From Longimicrobiales bacterium (GTDB lineage Bacteria > Gemmatimonadota > Gemmatimonadetes > Longimicrobiales > Gaopeijiaceae), in contig CBDAON010000003.1 of NCBI GenBank assembly GCA_965198065.1, positions 6,230 through 70,229 on the forward strand: DNA of 64,000 nt. The letters run 5' to 3'. The notes under the pieces were generated by a model. It was not told where the DNA came from. It worked only from the letters and a program-made list of their open reading frames with translations, and did no database searches. The position numbers and the translations under genes are program-made. This document shows positions 49,093-58,214 of the stretch, piece after piece; position 1 is the first letter of the stretch; each line of letters begins with the position of its first letter.

Positions 49093-50259
49093 TTAATTAC
49101 CCCAAGCAGATGCAAACCTGTCGACTTCTGCCGCCTCGACCCTGTTCTGTACCACATGTGCGAGGGCCGCTTCGATGACCTCGCGGGGATGATCCGTTTC
49201 CTCGGCCGCCCAGTCCCGGAAACTGGACCTGAAACCGTGTGGAACGGCCGCGATCCCATGCTTCCGGAACATCCGGCGCAGTTGCTTCTCCTCGAGCTGC
49301 TTACCGACTCGATTGGGAAACAGATACGGACTGGTTCCCTTCACCAGCGTCCGTGCCCCGTCCAGAATCTCCAGTGCACGACCACACAGCGGGACCCGGT
49401 GCTCGCGGTTCGCCTTCGTCCGCCTGGCCGGGACAGTCCACACACCCTCGTCCCGATCAATCTCGGTCCACTCCGCCCACCGCACCTCACCCCATCGTGC
49501 CGCCGTCAGCACCAGGAACTCGAACGCCAGCCGGACGGCCAGCGGCACCGTTGATGCCCGCGCGGTCTGGATGGCCGCGGCCACCTCTCGATGCGGCAGC
49601 GCCCGCATGTGCTGCACGACGTCACGCTGGGGACCCAGGACCGGGTCGATCCGGTTACAGGGGTTGTCGATCCGGAACTCCATCGCCACCGCCCACTCCA
49701 ACACCGCGCGGATGCGCTGCCGCAACCGCCGGGCGGTGTCCGCCTTCGTGTGCCAGATGGGAGCGAGGATCTCCAGCACGTCGGCGCTAGTGACCTCCGA
49801 GACCGGCATCTTCCCGATGCGCGGGAAGGCGTACCGCTCGAAGGTCAAGATCCACTCGCGGCCGTGCACCCGACTTCGCCAGCCGGCTTGCTTCTGTTCT
49901 ACTACACGCGCGGTGGCTTCGGCGAAGCTCGGTACGCCCTGCCTACGACGCTTCTCGGCAAGCGGGTCGCCGCCCTAGCGGGCCAGCTTACGGTTGGCCA
50001 GCGCCTTTTCCCGGGCCTCGGCGAGGGAGACCAGCGCGACGCTGCCGAGCCCGAGCTCGCGGCGCCGACCCCGGATGACCAGGCGCTGAATCCAGCTTCG
50101 GGTTCCGCTTGGCTGGACGAAGAGGTACAAACCGTTGCCGTCCGCGTGTCTTCCAGGCGGGGCAGTGCGCACGAAGGCGGCCGACAGGGCCTTGTCTGGA
50201 TGGCGGCCCTTGGGCTTGGTTTTCCGCGGCGGAGTGGCCTTGTTCGTTACAGTAACCAT
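49093..50259 (-). pseudogene. P4-like integrase (DUF4102 arm-binding N-terminus) with in-frame TAG and altered 3' end
   Basis: ORFs 49975..50259 and 49093..49869 share one frame, separated by TAG (49975-49977): ..NRKLAR-TAG-GGDPLAEKRR. The body is intact (HGFRSSFRDWAAE) but the end reads VEAA-EVDRFASAWGN instead of the AY.R..WA.YL tail. Confidence 0.8.
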
Positions 50260-50407
50260 CCCCGCATAATATAGGGGATGGAGGCGGATATCAATGGATG
50301 TTGTGAGCGGAGTGCGTTGCTAGTCTATGCTCGTAACTTACTGTTATAAAAGTCAGTTATGGACTTAACTGCGAACTGTGTACTTGACGCAAATACGGAT
50401 ACCTTGA

Positions 50408-50827
50408 ATGGGTGACAGACCGGCGCATCCACAGGTTTGGGCAAGAGTGAACGCCCATGTAGATGAAGGTGTGGCGGATCTCATATCCGCCCTCTCAAGA
50501 TTCAAGGGCCTACGTACCCTCGAAAGCTGTCAGGGTGAGCCAGACGGTGCGGCCTGGGCATGCTTCGTGGTGGGAGCAAACGTGGGGTGGAGGCCGCTAG
50601 CGGATCTCGTGTTGGGTTACCTGGGACCGGCTTTGGCCTCAGACCTTGGAGACATGGTGGACCTTTCGATTCACGCTACGGAAGCGGGCGGGGCGCAGGG
50701 AGAACTCACGGTGCGCTCGGAAGCGATGAGCGACACCGTGAGCCTCCTGCTCACACTATCGGCTGATTGGCAGCCTAGAGCGGCTTACCAAACGTGCGAG
50801 TGTTCTTGTGACACGTCTTACACATAG
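50408..50827 (+). CDS. Hypothetical protein (transposon passenger)
   Basis: 139-aa ORF with no recognisable motifs. Its 3' end overlaps the convergent HNH gene by ~50 nt, so the true extent is uncertain. Confidence 0.35.
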   Translation: MGDRPAHPQVWARVNAHVDEGVADLISALSRFKGLRTLESCQGEPDGAAWACFVVGANVGWRPLADLVLGYLGPALASDLGDMVDLSIHATEAGGAQGELTVRSEAMSDTVSLLLTLSADWQPRAAYQTCECSCDTSYT

Positions 50828-51005
50828 CCAACAGGTTTCCGAGGCCGTCACCGCCACCGCGGGTGCGGTGGTGGGCATGCCAGTCGGAACCGTGCAACCC
50901 GTGCTTGCAACGACCAGTGTGGTGCGAGCACACCGACATGGTGCACTCGCAACGTCCGCCTGCACGAATAAAGAGAAGGCGTCGAGTATCATTGGAAACA
51001 GCCAT
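50775..51005 (-). CDS. Small HNH endonuclease-domain protein
   Basis: GGRCECTMSVCSHHTGRCKHGLHGSDWHAHHRTRGGGDGLGNLLAMCKTCHKN: Cys pairs plus an H..N..H pattern. Confidence 0.7.
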   Translation of the reverse strand: MAVSNDTRRLLFIRAGGRCECTMSVCSHHTGRCKHGLHGSDWHAHHRTRGGGDGLGNLLAMCKTCHKNTRTFGKPL

Positions 51006-51176
51006 TGTAATGCGTCCTCGATTTGGAAAATGAATGTGAATGAAAGCACGTTTCAAAACGCCTTCTTAAACGACGTTTTAAACGACGCATTAAATGGCGT
51101 TTTAAGAGCACTTTCTTTTCGTGATTCTTTTCCTCGACGCAATTACACGATATACTTTATCTGTAAATGCGTGAGG

Positions 51177-51279
51177 TGCGGACGGCCGGAGTCGAACCGA
51201 CACGGGGCGTCAAGGGTCCGAGAGAACCCGCCCCACCAGCTTCCAAAGCCAGCGTGTTTACCAGTTTCGCCACGTCCGC
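51177..51279 (-). tRNA. Atypical class II (Leu-like) tRNA, apparent anticodon UGG, 34-nt variable arm
   Basis: Hand fold: GCGGACG/CGTCCGC acceptor, UGGCGAAACUGGUAAACAC D-arm, CUGGC-UUUGGAA-GCUGG anticodon arm, long V-arm (GGGGCG/CGCCCC plus GGUUC/GGACC), GUCGG-UUCGACU-CCGGC T-arm, A73. CCA is not encoded. Confidence 0.6.
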
Positions 51280-51433
51280 CAAACGCCTGGGGGCAGCCTT
51301 ACGGCCACCCCCAGGAAGACCCCGGTTACGGGGTTAGGATTTTATGGCGGCATGGTGATCTCCTTTCTGGCGTGTCAGCGCCGGTTAGGGTGAGTGGTGC
51401 GCCCCCATCGTCGGAAACGGCGGTGGGGGTCTG

Positions 51434-51898
51434 CTATTCTAGTCCACCGATCTCCTCTTGCTGTGCACCTCCCGGCCTCGTCCATTCTCGGAGACCGTAT
51501 TCGCCGGTATCAACCCGAATGAACTGGCCACCCTCCTTGTGTGATCGTCGGAGCATAGCGCCGAGGCTGTTGGCTAACTTCCTTCGGCCTTTCGCATACG
51601 GAAGTCCACGCTTCAGTAATGCGTCGGCGATATCTCGTGGTTGCATCGGTTGGCGGACCTCAAGCAAGCAGGACTCAGCAACCCCCTGTAGGGTAAGGCG
51701 GGGATTACTGTACCGACCGCCGTTAATAGACGGGGGTGCCTCGGACGCCTCCTCGGTTATGGTAGCCGGTGCTTGCGCTTCGGGTTCGCTCAGGTACTCG
51801 AACAGTATCTCTCGCGTGTTGCGGAGCTTGCGGGCGCGAGCTTCGTGGAATTGGATATCGCGATCAAGTCGCTGGATTAGGTCCATGTCGCTGGGCAT
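51434..51898 (-). CDS. Winged-helix (HARE-HTH-like, tentative) DNA-binding protein with N-terminal coiled coil
   Basis: 154 aa. The C-terminal part PRDIADALLKRGLPYAKGRRKLANSLGAMLRRS..FIRVDTGEYGLREW resembles HARE-HTH/wHTH modules. Confidence 0.45.
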   Translation of the reverse strand: MPSDMDLIQRLDRDIQFHEARARKLRNTREILFEYLSEPEAQAPATITEEASEAPPSINGGRYSNPRLTLQGVAESCLLEVRQPMQPRDIADALLKRGLPYAKGRRKLANSLGAMLRRSHKEGGQFIRVDTGEYGLREWTRPGGAQQEEIGGLE

Positions 51899-52040
51899 GT
51901 TCGCATCCTACCCTAAAGGGGTTAATGTGACCGAAGTTAACGGCAGCGTGCGATCTTTGCTAGGGTGTAGTGAGGACAACGCGACGACAGGCCGATCTTG
52001 CTTGTGGAATCAGTGTTAATCGTATTATAGGAGGACCCAT

Positions 52041-52232
52041 ATGGAGGCCGAAGAAAAGCCGACACCGGACAATAAGAAAACCGGTCCTGACGCAGATCGC
52101 GTGAAGCTCGAAGGAGACTGGGAGGATGCGGTGAAGAAGGCCCTGAAAAAGAAAAAGCCCCCCGAGGGCTGGCCGCAGGAGGACGAGCAGAGCGGGGAGT
52201 CTGTCAGTGATTCAGGATCGGACAGAGACTGA
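52041..52232 (+). CDS. Small highly charged protein
   Basis: 63 aa, Lys/Glu/Asp-rich, strong AGGAGG 6 nt upstream of the ATG. It overlaps the DUF3800 3' end convergently. Confidence 0.4.
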   Translation: MEAEEKPTPDNKKTGPDADRVKLEGDWEDAVKKALKKKKPPEGWPQEDEQSGESVSDSGSDRD

Positions 52233-52964
52233 GTGCCAGCCACCTATCGAATGCGTGTGTGCCCTTACCACTGGCCCGAGTTGCTGGTCGAAGCGCTTAA
52301 ACCGGGGGTTGTTCATGCGCCTGTACCAGTAGATCGCTGCGATGGTTCTGCCGATACCGTCTGCCGCTTGAACCCCATGATACCACTCCGACGGTACGAG
52401 GAGGGGGATCTCTGTAACGCGAGCGTCGGCTGTCCGAAAAACAGGGTCCGAGTAAATAAGACTCTGAGCGGACGCAAGAACGCGCGTATTCTGAGTCTCG
52501 GTGCGGCGGTCCATTATCACCACCCCCCGGCCCACACGCGATCCTGCTTTGTCGTTAAGATATTTTTCAAACCTACGCAGTGTACTTTGCATGAGGCTGG
52601 TATAAAGCCCGGAGTAGGAGTGGTTCGCACGAGTAGAGTCTTTCTTGACTCCGTTTGCAAAAACGGCGCCACCGCACGAACCAACCAACCCGAGCACCTG
52701 AGATATAAAGCGGATGTCGCGTCGCGTTCTGAGCGTCTTCGCTTCAAAGCGTTCCGGGCGGATACCGTGCAAGGTCTTGGCGCGAGATATTTCCCTGCTA
52801 TAGAAACGACACTTCAAGCGGAAATAGGACCGGTCGAAGTCACGCCACCGTTCGCCAGGAATGACAAATCCCGCAAAACCGAAAAGCGGGTGGTGCTGGT
52901 GTCGCGGATCGGTGGGATCATAGGGGCCTGGATGACCGAATTCATCGAGGTAGAGAAGGTACAT
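52212..52964 (-). CDS. DUF3800 domain protein
   Basis: ATG 52964 gives MYLLYLDEFGH.., the DUF3800-type N-terminal acidic motif; ~250 aa, typical family length. Confidence 0.7.
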   Translation of the reverse strand: MYLLYLDEFGHPGPYDPTDPRHQHHPLFGFAGFVIPGERWRDFDRSYFRLKCRFYSREISRAKTLHGIRPERFEAKTLRTRRDIRFISQVLGLVGSCGGAVFANGVKKDSTRANHSYSGLYTSLMQSTLRRFEKYLNDKAGSRVGRGVVIMDRRTETQNTRVLASAQSLIYSDPVFRTADARVTEIPLLVPSEWYHGVQAADGIGRTIAAIYWYRRMNNPRFKRFDQQLGPVVRAHTHSIGGWHSVSVRS

Positions 52965-53155
52965 GGAGGCATGCCCCGGTACAAAATACACAGAGCCCGC
53001 GCCGAAGCGCGAGCCCTGGGGAACTGCTTGACCCAAGCATCCGGAGACACAAGGGCTGGCAGTATTACAACAGATTGCTATACACAGTATAGCCTGTCAA
53101 GGATCCCCTTTGAAGGACTCCTGGGTACTCCTGGGTACTCTGGGGGGAACTTGGT

Positions 53156-54136
53156 TCATGGATGACGATACATGAGCCGCTTCCCCTCGGAGCCCCGGAT
53201 AGCGGTCTTGATCCTTTCTCCGTCGTCAATCTTGCGAGTATTCCACCGAAACTCGAACTCGGACACGTAACGGTGCAGATGCTCTTTGCTGACGTGGTGG
53301 AAGGTCCCCATGACGCCCCTCTTGAGAAGGGCAAAGAACCCCTCAACGGTGTTCGTTGTGGCGAGCACGTCCCCGTCCATGCGTGCATACTCGTTCTGCG
53401 AGTGACGAACCGTGTGATGCCCGTTGGCAAACTCGCGTCCCACTGGTATGTAATGCCTGGCTTCGTCAGTATGGAGCCGAGCCGCTTCTGGGTCCACGTT
53501 CTCCCGAAGGTTGCTAGCGAGGTTCGCAGAGGTCACGTTCGTTACGACCTTGGCGCGCGCCTCTCCGTCCCGCTCGACGATGGCAATGACGGGCGTCTTG
53601 TTGTCCATACGGCGAAACCCACGCGGACGACGCTTCCCGCGCACCGAGCGGGGGCGGATTTTTCCACCGACGAAAGCTTCATCCGCCTCGACATCGCCAG
53701 TAAGTGGACCGCCCGTGTTGGCTGCACCATTCATCGCGTATCGGACCCGGTGCATGAGGAACAAGGCGCTCTTGTACGTGAGGCCGGTTTGCCGTTTGAT
53801 CTGCAAAGCGGACACGCCCTTCTTGCTGGAGCACGCCGCCCAAAACGCAAAGCACCAATGCCGCATGGGAATCCGGCTGTCCTCCATGATGGTTCCGATG
53901 CGGACCGTGAACTGACGGGCGCACCCACGGCACCGCCAGAGGTACCGGGCGTTCCGCTCACCGGTATTCCGATCCTTCATCATGTAGACATCGACATCGC
54001 CACAACGGGGGCACGACGGCTCCCCCTCCCAGCGCATGTCTTCGAGGAATTCGACCGCTGTGTCTTCGTCGGCACAGGCCATTGGGATGGCCCCGACGAT
54101 GTCCGATTTATCGCCCGCGATCTTCGACATTTTCAC
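53156..54136 (-). CDS. IS1595-family transposase (zinc ribbon plus DDE)
   Basis: CPRCG..WRCRGCARQFTVRIGTIMEDSRIPMRHW, SALQIKRQTGLTYKSALFLMHRVR, then the DDE region ..NTVEGFFALLKRG. Confidence 0.88.
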   Translation of the reverse strand: MKMSKIAGDKSDIVGAIPMACADEDTAVEFLEDMRWEGEPSCPRCGDVDVYMMKDRNTGERNARYLWRCRGCARQFTVRIGTIMEDSRIPMRHWCFAFWAACSSKKGVSALQIKRQTGLTYKSALFLMHRVRYAMNGAANTGGPLTGDVEADEAFVGGKIRPRSVRGKRRPRGFRRMDNKTPVIAIVERDGEARAKVVTNVTSANLASNLRENVDPEAARLHTDEARHYIPVGREFANGHHTVRHSQNEYARMDGDVLATTNTVEGFFALLKRGVMGTFHHVSKEHLHRYVSEFEFRWNTRKIDDGERIKTAIRGSEGKRLMYRHP

Positions 54137-54254
54137 TCACCTTTGGAGGCTTGAATTCACACTCTAAAGATAAGGGATGTACGTGTTTGCGTCAAGTATC
54201 TAGTTCCGACTTAACTGGACGATACTGTACACCGGTCCAGATAGTCTGCCCATT

Positions 54255-54708
54255 CCTGGGTCGTGCGTGGCTGCCCGAGCACCCGGCACGCTCTCCTCTC
54301 CGACGCCCCGAGCTGCTGACGTACACGCACCACACAACGTCGTCGGCCCTCGGGGCTCAGAAGTTTCCCTTGGCCGCTTCCTCCACGATCAGCTTGTCCA
54401 GTGTCAAGTCCGCCACTGCTCGCTTCAGGCGCCCGTTCTCGCGCTCGAGCTCCTTCAGGCGCCGTGCCTGGCTCACCTTCATCCCGCCGTACTCCCGCCT
54501 CCACCGGTAGTACGTCTGCTCGGTGATGCCGAGCTCCCCCCTGATCAGCTTCACGGATTTGCCGCCGGCCAGACCGACCTCTGCCTCCCGCACTGCAGTG
54601 ATGATCTGCTCCGGAGTGTGTCGCTTCCTTCCCATCCTGACCTCCTCGCTGAAAAGCTTCGGACCAGGTCGATCCTAACATTGCACCTGGTCTCGTTTCA
54701 GCGGGTCA
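54255..54708 (-). mobile_element. IS3-family element, copy 1, truncated within orfB
   Basis: The left end TGACCCGCTGAAACGAGACCAGG (rc of 54686-54708) matches copy 2 at 62757. Homology to copy 2 stops near 54255 after ..ACRVLGQPRTTQ. Confidence 0.8.
54357..54635 (-). CDS. IS3-family transposase OrfA (HTH)
   Basis: MGRKRHTPEQIITAVREAE..EQTYYRWRREYGGMKVSQARRLKELERENGRLKRAVADLTLDK. Confidence 0.85.
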   Translation of the reverse strand: MGRKRHTPEQIITAVREAEVGLAGGKSVKLIRGELGITEQTYYRWRREYGGMKVSQARRLKELERENGRLKRAVADLTLDKLIVEEAAKGNF

Positions 54709-54974
54709 GGTCAGGTTCGTTAATTGATACGGTCACCTTGCCCGTCCGGCCGTGATACGTAAGCAGCCGGTTTGGCTCACGAATGCCGGCGACACTAAGC
54801 ATGAAGTCGGTGACGGCTAGGGAAGCGACGACGCCGTTGGCATGCATCGGCACGCAAGATTGGAGGGATTCGCCGAGTCACGGCCCGCGCGTGCGACACG
54901 TCGACTCCGCCGCGCACGGAGGCTGAACCCGAAGCCGATATACGGGGGACATCAAGATTCCCGTAGACCGGGGC

Positions 54975-55688
54975 TCAGATCTTGCGTCCTACCAGGAGAG
55001 TGTGTGGGCGATCCTGCCAGATACAGTCAGCCTGGAATTTGGCTTCGCGCATGGCCGCGAGTTCGTCGTCGACTGAAAAGTAGGTGTCCTCCGCCGACCA
55101 CGCGGCGAAGTGCTCATAGGCGCGCTGTTCGTCAATGCCGCACGACACCAGGTGGGCGGCCCATCGACGGTACGACTGCTCGCGCGCCCCCGCCGGGTGT
55201 GCGCTGATGGCCACGTCGGTGTTCACGAAGACGCCACCGGGGCGGAGCACCCGGTAAATGCGTGTATAAAGCGTGAGTTTGCGTGCCATGGTGGGAACGT
55301 GGTGCAGAGCCAGGGCCGTAGCCACGGCGTCACACGTGGAGAGTGGCGCCTCGAACGACCGCCGGCGGACACGAGCGCGGGTCCCAAATCGCTTGAGCCG
55401 AAGGCGCGCCTGGGCCAGCATCTCAGGATCGATGTCGATGGCTTCAACGGCACCGACGCGTTCATGGTCCAGCATCGCTTCAGCCAAGGCGCCCGTTCCC
55501 GCGCCGAGGTCAAGCACCAGGGTTGGGCGAACACCAGCGATTTCGTTGGCAGCCCTCGCCAAGCCTTCTTCGTAGCCTGGGATGAACGTGCGGATGGTCT
55601 CGTCGTAGGCATCAATCTCAAGGCGAAGATGATGGCGGACAGAGTGGCTCATCAGCTGATCGTAGGTCAATGGTTCATAGACGCTCAC
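54975..55688 (-). CDS. Class I SAM-dependent methyltransferase
   Basis: Motif I VLDLGAGTGALAE; post-I and motif II spacing typical of small-molecule methyltransferases. Confidence 0.85.
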   Translation of the reverse strand: MSVYEPLTYDQLMSHSVRHHLRLEIDAYDETIRTFIPGYEEGLARAANEIAGVRPTLVLDLGAGTGALAEAMLDHERVGAVEAIDIDPEMLAQARLRLKRFGTRARVRRRSFEAPLSTCDAVATALALHHVPTMARKLTLYTRIYRVLRPGGVFVNTDVAISAHPAGAREQSYRRWAAHLVSCGIDEQRAYEHFAAWSAEDTYFSVDDELAAMREAKFQADCIWQDRPHTLLVGRKI

Positions 55689-56235
55689 GTGCGGAGCTTC
55701 GACAGCGGTTACGTTACGCAGTCACCACAGCATCATGAAAAACGCACTAGACGTGGCCATGCGAAAGGCCTGAGCGCCTCTCCCCCAGAATCGTCGATTC
55801 TTGGCCCCGGCGGGGGGCCGACGTTGCACTCCGGCCATCCCGCCTTTGGGGTCGCTCAGGATCAATGGTTCCCTCCGTGAAGGGGTAAAACCTTAGTCGG
55901 AAAAATGATCGATAAGTCCCGTTTATCGCGCAGGATACGTCCCCCACCTCCTCACCCCACCGTCCAGCCATGAGGCCACGCGGGCGTCTCTAGGAGCCCC
56001 CGAAGAGTTCTGAGGACACGCGAAGCGGTCCGCCGAACCCAGCGGTTTCTGGCCCCCCACGATCCATCCGTCGCCTCGCGTCCTCAAGCAATGCTCGCCT
56101 ACAATCCAAAGAATATGACCGAAGACGAACGAGAACACCTGCTCAGCACAGCTTGGACCCGCTGGTGGAGTTGCCGCTCGGACGGACATCTCCTAACTCT
56201 TTGTATATCAGGTGTTCTTGGGCTTTTATGGAGCG

Positions 56236-56592
56236 CTACAGAACGTCAATAGATGCGTCGATCTCACCGAACACGCCGTGCGCAATGAGTTCTCTCGTGT
56301 TGGCGACCGCAGCTTCAGGTTCGTAGCCGTCGTCGCGCACCAGAAGCCGGAGGGAGCGACCGTGCACGCCACCCTGCTGGTTGGCTTCCTCGAAGGCCGC
56401 GCGGATGCCCAGGTTCATGTCCCGGCCCAGTTGGCCCGCGGGACCGTTCAGCGCAGCCGACTGGCCGAAGACGATGGAATCCGGGAATACGCCCTCCCCG
56501 CCGGATCCCCCTTCCTGGGCGCGGCCGCCACCCGCCGGCAGGATGCCGCCGGCCACGGCCAATGCGCCAAGGGCGAAGCGGTAGCGGCCCAT
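56236..56592 (-). pseudogene. LivK-type ABC substrate-binding protein, N-terminal fragment
   Basis: Signal peptide, then IVFGQSAALNGPAGQLGRDMNLGIRAAFEEANQQGGVHGRSLRLLVRDDGYEP. It stops after ~119 aa, against the ~380-400 aa I recall for this family. Confidence 0.6.
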
Positions 56593-56642
56593 CACGGCGA
56601 ATTTCCCAGGTACCGGATGGTCAGGCAGGTGATATCGTCGGA

Positions 56643-57703
56643 CTAGGGTGCTTCGCCCGCGTGTTCCTGCACCGCCTTGACCACATGGTGGTTGATCGCC
56701 TCCGCGCTCGACCCCGCGCACTCCGCCAGGACCCCGTCCAACTTTTCCTCTCCGAATTCGACGCTGTTTTCGTCCATTGCTTCCGTGACGCCGTCCGTGT
56801 AGAGGAAGATGGCGTCACCCGGATCCAAGTGTACGGATCCGCTCGGGAAGTCGAACGACGGCACGACCCCCAGAACCAGTCCCGAATCGCAAACGAGCTG
56901 CTGAACCTCGCCGGAAGCCTTGACCACGAAGGGAAGATTGTGCCCGGCGTTCGCATAGATGGCTTGCCCGGTTGCGGGGTCGAACTTGGCGTAGAACACC
57001 GTGACGAACATCGCCTCCTTGTTCTCCTCTCCGAGGAGCCGATTGACCTCCTCGAGGCACTTCGCGGGGTCGCTCTCCCCAATGGCGGTCCCCTTCAAGA
57101 GTGTCCGGCTTACCAGCATGAAGAAGGCGGCCGGCACACCTTTACCGGATACGTCCGCCACCACGACCCCCTTCCGTCCGTCCTCAAGTTGGAAGAAATC
57201 GTAGAAGTCACCGCCGACATATCGAGGGCCGGAGTCATCCGGTCCTGCATCCGGGCTGCCACCCCGAGCTCCTTGCGTAGGGCCACGAGTTCGTCTCTCG
57301 ACCGAAGCGCATCCCTCATCACCCGCAGGTGTTCGAGGGTCTTCGCGATCGTGGTGTCCAGATCGTCGAAATCGATCGGCTTGGTCACAAAGTCGAACGC
57401 GCCACGGTTCATGGCGGTCCGAATGTTCTTCATGTCCCCGTACGCCGTGACGATGACCGCACGCAAATCGTAGTTCAGCTGGTTCAACTGCCCGAGGAGG
57501 GTCAGTCCGTCCATCTCGGGCATGTTGATGTCCGAGAGCACCATGTCCACGTCAGAGTGGGTCCCGAGCTGCTCCAGGGCCTGAACTCCATTCTGGGCGA
57601 AGACCAGATCGAACTCGCCGGAGCGGACCCGGCGGCGGAATTTCTGTCGGAGTAGCAGCTCCAGATCAGGCTCGTCGTCTACTACGATAATCTTCGGCAT
57701 CAT
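56643..57703 (-). pseudogene. Response regulator with PP2C/SpoIIE phosphatase output (RsbU-like), one frameshift
   Basis: REC: KIIVVDDEPDL..MVLSDINMPEMDG..TAYGD..KP. PP2C in another frame: VGGDFYDFFQLEDGRKGVVVADVSGKGVPAAFFM..ANAGHN..LYTDGVTEA. The switch is near 57215. Confidence 0.8.
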
Positions 57704-57969
57704 GGACCCGGCTGAGGTGAATCGTGTCATCGAGAGAGTACGTCGGGCAAAACGGAATCTGGGGAAGAACCCTGCCTCCGTCTCTGGGGTGGTGGTGCAT
57801 GCCCCCCTGTCTTCCAGTCAGTCGATTCGTCACCCGTGGTTTTGATTCTCGTCGCGAGGCGGTCGGGAGCGCTAAGTTGCGCGAAATCTTCACAAACCAG
57901 GCCTGGCCGCGCAATGTTGTTTGAAGCTTCGGGTGTCCCTGGTTTTCGGCCTGGAAAAAGAGCGAAAAA

Positions 57970-58210
57970 GTGGTGGTCAGACTACGGATAGCCGTGAAGT
58001 TGGACCTGGGCGAACCCCGCCGGGTGACCCAGGAACTCGAACGCTTTGGCGTCGAGCACGGATTTGCTCAGGATCTCAGCTTCCGTCTCCAATTGTGCAT
58101 GGACGAATTGCTGATCAACATCATCTCCTATGGATACGAGGGCATCGCCGCCGATCCGATCATCACGGTGAACCTCCAGCTCGACGATTCTAAAATCAGA
58201 ATCCTAATTC
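57970..58210 (+). pseudogene. RsbW/SpoIIAB-like anti-sigma serine kinase, N-terminal fragment
   Basis: FRLQLCMDELLINIISYGYEG..ITVNLQLDDSKIRILIRDNAG, then homology is lost where the parA relic starts. Confidence 0.5.
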
Positions 58211-58214
58211 GGGA

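Larger units (their letters stand above)
50371..54208 (-). mobile_element. IS1595-family cargo transposon (3,838 bp)
   Basis: IRs are GCGAACTGTGTACTTGACGCAAA (50371-50393) and the rc of 54186-54208, CGGAACTAGATACTTGACGCAAA (18/23 match). Perfect 8-bp flanking repeat ACTTAACT (50363-50370; 54209-54216). The transposase sits at the right end. The interior is visibly lower in GC. Confidence 0.7.

Noticed and set aside
53117-53146. Short tandem repeat CTCCTGGGTA x2.5 between the DUF3800 gene and the transposase stop.
   Set aside because: Only about 2.5 units of 10 bp with no spacer structure. It is not a CRISPR and is too short to interpret.
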